From assembly GCA_002633005.1 (NCBI GenBank), contig NMRA01000404.1:333394-397393 (forward strand): a stretch of 64,000 bases of DNA, written 5' to 3'. Below, piece after piece: positions 45,090 to 57,000 of the stretch (within the stretch, counting starts at the first letter, position 1; every line of letters begins with the position of its first letter). A program made the translations under genes and the position numbers. Source of the DNA: Phoronis australis (lineage: Eukaryota > Animalia > Phoronida). The notes beneath the pieces were generated by a model. The model saw only the letters and a program-made list of their open reading frames with translations, was not told where the DNA came from and did no database searches.

Positions 45090-48000
45090 TCATACATGAA
45101 CACTGCTGTCTTCCACGACACCAGGTGATGTATTGGGAAATGTCTCCAAAGAGTCACGATTCATGTTCCAATTCATCTGTGTGTCGTCGTTAACTATTGT
45201 TTGCTTCAACTTTTTTGGCATTGACAATATCAACAATTTCCAGAACACATCTTCTTTCTTACGATCAGTCGTCCCAGGCCACTTGATGTACGACACAGAT
45301 TTGAGTATACACAACAAGTTTTTATCCACATTTTTGTGCATGTCCGTGATATCTTCGAACATGATCGGAATGATCCTGTGACGAAGTCGTAACATTTCGT
45401 GCTGGGCTTTCTGGTATTCCAAACGACACCATTCGCTTTCCACGTAATCCGTCGATACAATTAACACAGTTCGTCTGCTCTGTTCAATCGCATGAATGAT
45501 GTTGTCTGCAATAGCTGCAATAGAGTTTAAAGGAAGGCGGGTAAAATCCTTGAAAAACATCATTCTGCGATGGCCAACGATGTCACACAATGTCAGTTCG
45601 TTTAGAATGACGAACGGTCACTAGGCAAAAAAGGTATTCAACCTTCACACGACAAAGTTGTGCAGATTCTATTAGTTTTTAAGTAGAAAATTTACAATTG
45701 CATCACATTTTTAAAGTCGTGTGCACCAAATCCGATTTGAGAGGAAGCAGTGTGGCCAAGTGTGATAGGTTCTTGCTTTCTTTGCTTGAGGTCGTGGGTT
45801 CGAGTCCCACTAGGCCGCACTAGTAAACCTTTCAAGTTCCTCAGCTCGGTTTTATTTTTATGTATAATGAAGCACAAAAAATGGTTCCAGGTGATCAGTG
45901 AAATAAGTCCACATGCGCAGCCTGCTCACGTCCGGTACAACGTGTACCAGACCGCCTGCAATGATTTTTATGTAAATCTGATTTCATTCTCACCAAATCC
46001 AGTGGCTTATATTGTTCATTATGGTTCAGTTGAATCGCCACGGGTGTAACGTGAACGTTGAACATCACGGTGGTGATAAGAATGATGGAATGAGACAGCG
46101 ATTTATTGTAGTCAGTGATGACTGGTGATGACCATGACGTCGCAATAACGATGATGTGATGCTAATGACGGAAATGATAATGACGAATTTCTAACCTAAA
46201 CATCATTCAAGAATGAATGGACTGACCGGAGACAGCCCAAGAGTTATTATCTCTTCTGGCGAAGGATGTTAAAGTTGTGTCTCCGATGCGGAGTTGCCAG
46301 CAGTCACTGGTACGGTGCGCGGCTTTAGACGCTCTGCGGCTGGGTTTAAGATCTCTTAAAGGCCTAACTATCCCCAATTCACGTACCAGGATGAATTTCA
46401 AAAATATCTTGACTTGTTTGCGTCAGATGTGATGTGCGACGTCTATGTTGAAAGTGCGCTATATTTTTTAATATCGGGGATGACGAAGTAGCTGATTGTA
46501 TAGGGTTCTCTGTTGAGTCATGATTGTTAATAGTTTCACCTCTTCTTTGCGTTTCAATCACTGGCTTAGAAATAATACTGTTTCCAATAGTTATCGTTAT
46601 GTCTACCGATGCATTTCTCCTGGGGGCCAACTCCGTCAGATACCGCAAACCGACCGTGTCAGATTTCAATGAGGACGACATGTACTTTTAAGCCAGAATC
46701 CCAGACTGCTATAGAAATGAGTTCTTTGAACCCGAAATAAAAATCTATAAGCGTATGATTGTATTGTTTGACCTCCATTTCATTTACAAAAGCGTGTGCC
46801 ATAACAACTGTTTGTTGTCACTGAAACAATTAAAACAAATCTAATAAACATTCTGACGCCGCCAATGTCGTATGCATGTAGCTTCACTACATATCCTGAA
46901 ATACACACAAAGCATACTCCTGGATAAATTTGTTCCTCCATTATATACATAGGTTTTCTGCACATGCGGCAATAATGTCTGAGCTCACTGACTCGTTAGT
47001 GTTGAATAGCCGAACACTTACGTCTTCCAGGTACGAAGTCCCTAAAGTGCAGACAAAGTTTGTAACCATTTTCCGTCTCCATCACATTTCTCAGTTTGTG
47101 CAAAACGAAAGCCTCGTCTTCACCGTTGCCCCTATAGGACACAAAAGCGTCGTAAACGTGATCGTCTGTAAAATGAATATCATATGAAATTGTATCGAAC
47201 AAAAGCACAAGTACAGAGGTGTTGTTATATCCTTTGATGGAACTGTATTCCTGATGATGATTTATAGAATATCTCGAAACTTCATTTATTTGCATCGCAT
47301 CAGTTCCGCTTGTCAGTTTATCGACTTTTGCTGCTTGTGTGGTCAAAATTTAACATTGACAATTTCCAAGTGGTCATTTTTCACAAAATGCGATTAAAAA
47401 CTTATAATTATGCAGATCATAAACTTTCGATTGGAAGTCGAACGTATTCTTAAGCTCGGATCCCACTACAGCCAATGAGCATAAGTCAAGAGTGGTTGTC
47501 GTCAGTGAAAATATAATGCACGCCAGATGGGATAGTTCAAAAGAACAGTATGGGCCATGTCCGTAATTAGCGGTCACAAATGGTGATTTTTGCCATGTTG
47601 GTTCATGGTGTTTGGAAATCCTAAATGATTTTATGAAAAAAAGTTATGACCTTTAGGGGCAGATCCAGGATTTTGAGTTGGGGGCAGGGAGTATTAGCCA
47701 GGATTTTGCCCGTCAGACATTTGCACCCCCGAACTGCCAAGTGGAATCTGAGAGAATTTTGGAGGGCATGCCCCCCACCCCCTTAATCCGCCATTGACCT
47801 ACTTGAAAGTTGTTCAATGCATTTTCAAGGTATGCACCTGATATTCAAGACACAAAGTGTATTTCGCATTGCTTCTTCAGATACTTGAAGTCAAAAGGAC
47901 GCAAGGTCATACATTCTTAATTTTGAATTCTGTGCATCATTAAAATGATATTGGTCAAAGAGTTGATAGATCTTGTCTAATGATCCAGCTCTCTGACGAT

Positions 48001-51000
48001 AATGTTAATTATTGGAGCTTTTATGGTAATTAATTTAAATTACTGTGTTCAGTGATGGAAGAACTTACCATCCTCGACTTCTTTAAAGTGGTGTACTAAC
48101 TTCATAACCCATAACATACGTCTTCTATACATCCAGCGTCCTAGCGCAAGGAATCCCATGGAACATGATAGAAGTACGAATAGACAGCAAGCTAGGATAA
48201 TCCACTTGGCACCGGGAACGAGATCTAAGGAAAAGTACAAATGCGTCTCAAACTTAATACCGTATCTTTAGACAACTACAACTAAATTCAGCTTCATCGA
48301 GTTTTGACAAGCAATTCGGGTATCTCACTGTTTACTTTGGAGATGGCCTTAGAAATCTATGACATTTTACGAAACTGTACAAATTTGTATCGATAACATA
48401 TCTAGATAATGAGTTGAATCGATAGCATATCTATAATGAATTGTGTATCGATAGCACGTCTAGATAATGAGTTTTATACCACAGTATTAGCGTCGAATGG
48501 CTGATACAACCGTGTAATAACCCATAAAGTTATCTCACAAGTGAGATAACATTTTGGCGGGAAACCGAGGCCGTATTCGAACCCGGGCCTCAAGAGTTGC
48601 GAGTCGCCGACTTTACCACTACACCACTCAGCGGCTGACGTCATCGAACGTCAAACTAGAATCAATGGTAGTGTAGTAGTATCCTATACTCGTACACTCC
48701 TTGCTAGAATACTTAAATGAGCACGCGCAACAATCGCATGTTCAGCAAAGGGCATTGCACCGACATTGATACGCTATGAAAAACAAGACGCATAATTTCC
48801 ATAAAAACGATATTTAAATTCAGTGAAATTTTTCTCTCGTGTTCTCTCACTTGTAAATCATCGATCTCCAATTTGAATGCGGGTATCGTGTCGTCGGGAT
48901 CCTTTGACTTGAGCATTATAATCAGTTACTTGTGGTAACCTACTTTAGCTGACGATATTTTCCCGGTCGAAGCTTAGCGTGATAAATGTCTGGTAAGCTA
49001 TAATAGTTGCTAAACCTTAATTTATAGATTCACTTTATTTCTATTTTGTTTAAATTTTCAATTGCTTGTGAGTATAAGCATTATTTGACAAAATAGCTCG
49101 GCTTTTCTTAAAAGGTCACGACCTCCGACCCCGGGCCTCTGACATAGAAAGTAGTTACAAAGCCGAGTGGAGTCGAGAAAGGTAGATCGATTTATTTGCA
49201 ATGTTTCTCGTTCAGTATGTGATATAAATAGATTATTACATCGTGGATTTTGGAAAATTATCACCCTCGGGGCTAACGCCCCTTGGGCGATAATCCTCCA
49301 AAATCCACTCGGGCTCTAGATAACGAAGATAACGACTTCGCCATGTAATAATCTATATGAATCGATAGCATATCTAGATAATGAATTGTGTATCGATAGA
49401 ATGTCTAGGTAATGAGTTGAATCGGTAGCATATCTAGATAATGAGTTGTCATTTAAACGGACATTATCGGCGAGAAAAGTGATTTTCTGAGATCATCCTC
49501 AGCGCATTATTGAACCTGGGACCTGGCTCCACGACCGCAGTCTAACGCCCTGCTGCCGGAGTTCAAATCCACTCGATAAACAGTAGTCCTAGAGTGTTCA
49601 AGCTTATTTAACTGGTTAAGTGGCTGACTTCGATTTCACTGAATGCCTACCAGACAACGGCGAGAACTGGCGACTTATAATTAAATCACAAAAATACAAC
49701 CACTTTTGTTGTTTTGTGGTCAAAGCTAATAACTTCAAGAAGTCTATCCCGTTCAATAATAATTCCAGAAACTACGCTTTTCAGCCGTAAAACCGATAAC
49801 GTACCTTTAAATTGTTAAATATCAAAATAAAATAGCGAAACTATCAGTAACAAGCCTGTGAATTTGGCATCAGACTTATGATGGAGTCGAACCCACGTCA
49901 CACCCGTTCCCGACACCGTAACTCTATTCAAGAGTCTATTAAAATGCAAGCCGCTACATGCTTGTAACTCAGTGTAATACGTTTAAACGGTCAGATTTAC
50001 ATTTAACAACATGGGTGTGCTGTGGGCTCACCGGTGTCCCCTGTTTATATGGAGGAATTTGAACTGAAAGCCCGTGGTAGTTTTTCTGGTCCCTGTCCAC
50101 GAGTGTGGCTTCGTTGTGCTGATGACACTTTTGTTGTTCTGAAGAAAGCTGAGACCGCCAAGCTTTTAATCATATTAACCTGTGTGACAATCATCACATA
50201 AAATTCACTGAGGAACGAAGTACAGGTGACTCGCTACCCTCTCTGGGTTGCCTAGTAACAGTAGTTAACAGCAAGATTTTGATTAATGTTTACAAGAAAC
50301 CGACACATACATAATACTACTTGCCATTCGATTCGAACCACCCATTAGTTCACAAACTTGGTGTGATAAAATCATTGGACTTCAGGGCTGTCCCCAACAA
50401 TGAGGAAGAATAGGAACTCGATCTCAACAAAGTGGTACCCAGATTGGGCGCTCTACAAGGCTGAGAAAGAAAACCATAGGGATCAGGACCAGGACGAGAC
50501 GAACNNNNAACCCCCCCCCCCCCCCAAGGCTTATGTAACTATCCCACATATCCTGGGTATTTCAGACCGGGTGAAAAAACATCTCCACCAGCACGGGGTG
50601 TCCACAACATTCAAACCATTAACTCTCTTAGGGGTAAATTAATTAATGTAAAAGACAAATCACCGAATGAAGAACGTTCTAATGGGGATAAGGTGTGGGA
50701 ACTACGAGTCCTATATTGGAGAAACGAAGCAGGCGCTTAAAAGTAGGATTTATCAACACTGTCGCCCTACCTATGGAGATAACTATGACTCAGCAGTGTT
50801 TAGTCACCTTTGCGCATCAGACCATGATTTTTCTATGGGAAATGTGGAGATCCTTGATTCTGAGGAAGATTGGTTTTCCGTGAAATGGCTTGATGGTCGC
50901 CAAGATCAATATTTTGACACTGCACCACACGGAAAGAGTGTTAACTTTGCGATGTATATCAAACGTCCAGTGGCCGATTTGATTATCAGGTACTTACCTG

Positions 51001-54000
51001 GCGCCTTGGACCCAGGGAATTTGAGCGACAGCAGACAGCAATTACTGTCAACAAGGACGGGGCAGGCAATAGCCTAGAAGAGGGTCTAAAAGATGACTCT
51101 GAAGTGGGTACTACTCGCCAAGAGCAGAACCCTGTGACGTCAACTCTGGATGGTGTGAAGGTGGTCGACATATCAGTGGGAACGGATCCTGGGGAATCCA
51201 GCAGGGCAGTGGTAGCTGTGACTACCAGGGCTCAGGCAGAGCGACAAAATGTAGACATTAAGCTATTAGCAGTATCGCCGACCTTGTACGAGGTGGGAAT
51301 AAGGCATTTCAAAGAAGACCAGTGAGAAGATTCATCAATGAAAAGGCTATGGGATCAAGCCAGGGTCGAACTTCAGATCAAAGGCAAGGGGTNTTCCGTG
51401 AAATGGATTGATGGTCGCCAAGATCAATATTATGACACCGCACCACACGGAAAGAGTGTTAACTTTGCGATGTATATCAAACGTCCAGTAGCCGATTTGA
51501 TTATCAGGTACTTACCTGGCGCCTTGGACCCAGGGAATTTGAGCGACAGCAGACAGCAATTACTGTCAACAAGGACGGGGCAGGCAATAGCCTAGAAGAG
51601 GGTCTAAAAGATGACTCTGAAGTGGGTACTACTCGCCAAGAGCAGAACCCTGTGACGTCAACTCTGGATGGTGTGAAGGTGGTCGACATATCAGTGGGAA
51701 CGGATCCTGGGGAATCCAGCAGGGCAGTGGTAGCTGTGACTACCAGGGCTCAGGCAGAGCGACAAAATGTAGACATTAAGCCATTAGCAGTATCGCCGAC
51801 CTTGTACGAGGTGGGAATAAGGCATTTCAAAGAAGACCAGTGAGGAGATTCATCAATGAAAAGGCTATGGGATCAAGCCAGGGTCGAACTTCAGATCAAA
51901 GGCAAGGGGTCATACATGATGTAAGTCCAACGAGGGATACTCTATCGGCTGTCCAGAACGGTGACGACGTGAAACAAGTTTTCGTGTCGAAAAAGTTACG
52001 AAAGTTCATACTGAGTGGACACCTCGGTGTTAAGAAGACAAGTGACCGCATCACCAGCAGACAGGAGTGGCATCAGAAGTGACCTAGTTCTGCCGATCGT
52101 GTGACATATCCCAGAAGACGGTCTCAAAAGGTTGAGTGATAACGGTGCCGCTGAGAAAGATGCCATCGACGGAGGAGCCTTTCGAGAGGATGGAGATTGA
52201 CTTGATTGGCCCAATAGCTCCGATTCAGAGACGATGAACACGTATATCCTCACCGTGGGAGATTTCGCCACTCGAGAGCAGTGGTGCTAGCGAAGATTGC
52301 TGAAGCAATGTAAGAGGTCTTCAACAGAGTGAAGTTCTCATGAAAGATCCTGAGTGATCGCGGAACGTAGTTCACAGCGGAACTGATGAAGGAGGTCAAC
52401 AGGCTTGTGAGTGCACAGCAGGTGTATTCGACCCATGACAACCCACGATGTAGCGAGCTCAGTGATTGAATCAACGTTTATTGAAAGCTATGCTGAAGAG
52501 GGTGTGTCGAGAAGGGCCAACAGACTGGGATTGGTACCTGCCAGCTGTCCTGTTTGTTTATTGAGAAGTCCCACAGTCATTCAAAGGATTTTCACCCTTC
52601 GCGTTGCTGTGCAGCAGGACAGTGACAGAGATCATATGAAGATCCTGGGTGAATTTTGGACTGGGGAAGATACAACGAAGTCCGAAATACTTATCAGTAT
52701 GTCTTCAAGTTTAGAAACCGCAGAGAGGAGACCTACAAGCTAGATAGGAAGAGCTTGTACAATGCGCACGTATTCACAAGCATTACTACGACAAGAAGGC
52801 CAGAGATACGCAGGTTCGAGTGGGACAGAGAGTGTTGGAGCTACTTTCCACGGACCACAGCAAGCTTTCCCTGCAATGGAAGGGGACATACGAAGTTACG
52901 GAAGCAATCAACCTTATGGAGTTCAGAATCAACATAAACGGGAAGATTAAGATCTTCCATGCCAATCTATTGAAGGCGTATCACGAACATGATGCGGTGT
53001 TAACTGTGAGACTGGCGAAGCGACCCTTATTCACGAAGCCTGCTTAGAGCTCCGGGCGTAGGTCCAAGGCGAGACCTACAAGGACGTTAAGCTGTGAGGT
53101 CGTTTCTAGGGATTACAGGGTGCCACAAAAAGTTTGTTCCAAACTACACACAGATTAACACGCCATAAACAGACTTACTGAAAAAGGACCAGCCAAAGAA
53201 AGTCATGTGGACCGACTCTCACAACCAGGCATTCAAGAAGCTAAAGCAAGCGCTTGGAAGTAGTCCGATCCTACGAGTGGCAGACTTCATCCAGAAATTC
53301 ACCGTTAGGACAGACGCATGAAATGTTGGCTTGGAGAAAGTCTTACAGCAGGAGTTCAATGATGGGATATCCCCAGTTGCTCATGCCATCCGAAAGTTGT
53401 AAGGTAGCGAGCGGCATTACTTCACAAAAGAAAAGCAGTGTTTGGCAATAGTGTTCGCCTTTAAACGTTTCCAGTTTTATCTCCATGGTTTGAAATTCGT
53501 AGTGCAGACAGACCAAAAGCCGTTGGTTTATTTCAGCACTTCAAGACTGTGAGTCCTAGAGTTGGCCGATGGCGTTGCAAATTTATAAGTTCCATGTCGA
53601 AGAAATCTCAGAAAAATCTAATGTCTGTGCAGACTGTTCGAGTCAACTAATGTAGCCGAATCTGGAAGCACCTTAGGGGACACAGAAACATGGTTATGAG
53701 TTAGGAGTGTGTTGTCACTGGATTTCATTTTACTGCTCTGATTGTTTACTAGCAGATAGTACTTGAATAACGTAGCCCATGAGTTCAGGCAAGTGATGAC
53801 GTCATTTGTTTTCAATAGAATAGGAGGGAACATTCTTGAAGATTCGAGTATGTTAGTGATTAATGTAGTCTGGGATATTCTAGGGCATAGTGTATGTGTG
53901 TAGAGTGATTGGGTAGATGGCGGAAATTTAAAGAATGTACTTGGATTAAAACTTGCAGAACACAATAAGAGACTATAAATACCCAGGTAGGGGTTAGTGA

Positions 54001-57000
54001 CAGTCAGATGAGTTCAGTTAAAGTTGGAGTTGAAATTCAGTTACAGTCAAAGTTATAGTAAAGTTGCAGTGAAGAAAATCAGCTGTTACAGCGTTAGTCA
54101 ACAGAGAGCCATCTATAGAGGCAGCAGATTATTTCATCAACGAGTGTAACAGTTACTGAAAGTGTCTTTAAATTAGAAGTTTATCACAACTCAAGGCTTC
54201 GCAGCACTGGCAGGAGTATAAAACAGACATTACGTCGGACGTTTTTGTTTGAGTAGACTTGTGAGCGTACGGCCGAGATTAATAAAACAATTAACTGGAA
54301 CCAGTCTTGAGTCTATCGTCGCACCCAGAACTATTAGCACCAGTCTGTAACAACCTGCACCCACACATACACAGGGTAAAACGTGACAATGGGATAGAAT
54401 TGTCTATTTCCACTCCACAAGCGAAGGCGTTTCGCCCCAAGTGCATGGCTGATTTCTAGGGTCTACGGAACTCGTCCGAGTCCCCACAACTGGACAAAGT
54501 TTGAGAACACTCTCTTCTAATTAATTTAAGAAGGATTATTAAAAATGTTGATTGTCGCCACAGATTCCCTGCCACTTTGTCGTTTTGGTTGCATTGATGG
54601 GACTAAAATAGACCTGCCCCATAGCTTTCACATCTTGATCAAAATACAGGGGTTGGGGGAGGTATTAATCGCCACTGTTTAGCTGTCAATGACGAATTCT
54701 TAAGGTTTTGTCGGTTACAAACTACAATCACGTTTATTTGATCCTGACTGGCAGAATCAGACGGTAACTCAACTCACATGTAGGAGTTCGTGTGCCATTT
54801 TGCAGTTTTAAGTTTAGCCAACCCCAATAAACTTTGACTTGCTTTCTTGAGTCGATAAGTGTTTCTATGTTCTTGTTGGTAGCGGAAATCAAGTCCTAAC
54901 ACAGAAAGGAATTAGTGAAAGCAATTGTTCAAAATGAATTGACTCAACTATTTAATCATTTTTAGGACCTTACGGCTAAAGAAATCCAAATTTAACGTAT
55001 TTCGATTCATGTGTTGCTAAAAGCCCAGTGTTGATAATATTTCAACGTGGTAGCTTTCTCGTCACATGTAAAAGTCACTACAGCTCAAAGAAAATTACAG
55101 GTTTATTGAAAGTCCACTGTCGAAGACAACGCAACATGTGTGAACAATTGATGGAGTTCTCTCTGCAACTTCATAAATAGACATTGAGGTAAGACATAAT
55201 ACCGTTATAATCGCAAAAGTGGAAGTGTCAGAAAGAACAAAAAACAGATTTCCAATTTTCGATTTTCTGAATGCACCGTGATTCACCATCTAATAGTTGT
55301 TAGACGCATTTTGATCAGCTGTTTGGCAACAGTGTCGCGATCTGAATTTAGATTGGAAAATGAAGCATTCGAACGTTGGTCGTTAGTATAATTTTCGTGA
55401 AATGTCGACTATCAACAGTTAATTCTTTCAAATTTAGATTGAATATTAAATTTTTAAATTTACGGTAATATTCTAGGTTTCAATGTTCAATTTAAGTTTG
55501 AAAATTGAACTGGAAACCACCACACAGATCAATAAATGTCAAAACAACAAAAACTCACATCAAAATGATTTTTAATTAACTTATCTGCTATTTCCAATAA
55601 CATGTTCAAATGTTTAGTCAATGTCTTCAAAACGATTGCTTTACGGCTTTTGGCAAAGTGTGAAAACCTACTATGATTACTGATGTAAACACAAGATTTG
55701 CAGGGTCGCGTTCATGACTTGCTGACTTTGGGAAATTGAGCGTTCAAAATGAACAACAAGCTTTTGCAAAGTGAACCGAATTCGTCCTGATGAACTTATA
55801 AGTATGCCTATTGTACTTCCTAGTGGTGGTGCATATCTAGTGAAAGCGTGGCATAAAAATGAATGTTTCACCCAGAAGCAACAACAGCAGCAGCACCACC
55901 ACCACCATTTCAATAAGTGGTATTTCACTCGTTCAGTATATTTATTTGAGGATATGGACCCATTTATTTTTCACAACCTTTTTTCTCAATTGGAACCGGT
56001 CCACCAATCCCTTCCAGGGTCCTACGTAAACTTAACGAACAAAATCCACCCGACTTGACCCAACACGACTTATATGCAAATTCAGATATGAGTGCACATG
56101 CGTGAGTTGTAAAGCAGTTCGTCATTAGCTAAAGAGTTAAAGGAGAATGCCACCCAAAAAACAACCTAGTTTGTATGAATTTAGATCTAGCAGTTCCACT
56201 CGATAATAGCAAGTACAACTCTTTTACCTGACACCTGACGGCAGACGGTGTTGAAATTAACCAATGACGTCAGAGGTTCGAATGCAGTCTGTTCAGCAGT
56301 TCACAACACGCTTACTGGTGTCAGATTATCGCTTTAATTTATCGGTTTACACCAATAAATCACCAAAATTCGATGTAAAACCCTTACAAATACATCGAGT
56401 TATTGAACAAATGTGTTATTTTATTTCGCTGGAACGGATTTTTAGGTATTTGAACGTGACGTAGCCTACAAAGCTCGGTAGGCCAATTTACAAGGTCGGT
56501 CGCGGGAGTTTGAGGTGTTCGCTGAAATACAGGCAGGAAAACACAGCTGTGTGTTGTAATTTTAGACTCGCGATTTTTTTCAGTTCTACGCACACAAAAC
56601 GCTTGCTATCTCGGCCACTGGCTCGGAACCCGATCAGGCCCATCGCGGCCGGACTGAAGACATCACGAACATAAACCAGCCAAAGTTGGAAACTAAACCT
56701 CCAGTCACGAAAAGACAATACTAGTGAGCCAAAGAAAAATGTGCACGTGGTTATTTTGGTGAATTAGCCGCAAAACTGCAAATCTACTTACTAGCTCGTT
56801 GGGACCGCGAATTCAGGTTACCCTTCCACTGACAGAACCGTCTAAATAAAGATCCCCCTAGCTTCTGACCATAGGATATAAAATAGAGTTATTGTTTCAC
56901 AACAGCTTTCTGTCAGCAAACACTGAATTAGCATGCACTCAAACGGCCTCGGTGTCCGGTCAATTAGGTCATTGCATCTAAAGCCGGTAGCGCAGTGATT

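Noticed and set aside
50875-51910. 518-bp direct repeat resembling an LTR pair
   Set aside because: It is internal pol-like sequence joined at a single n (51393); probably a scaffolding overlap, not LTRs.
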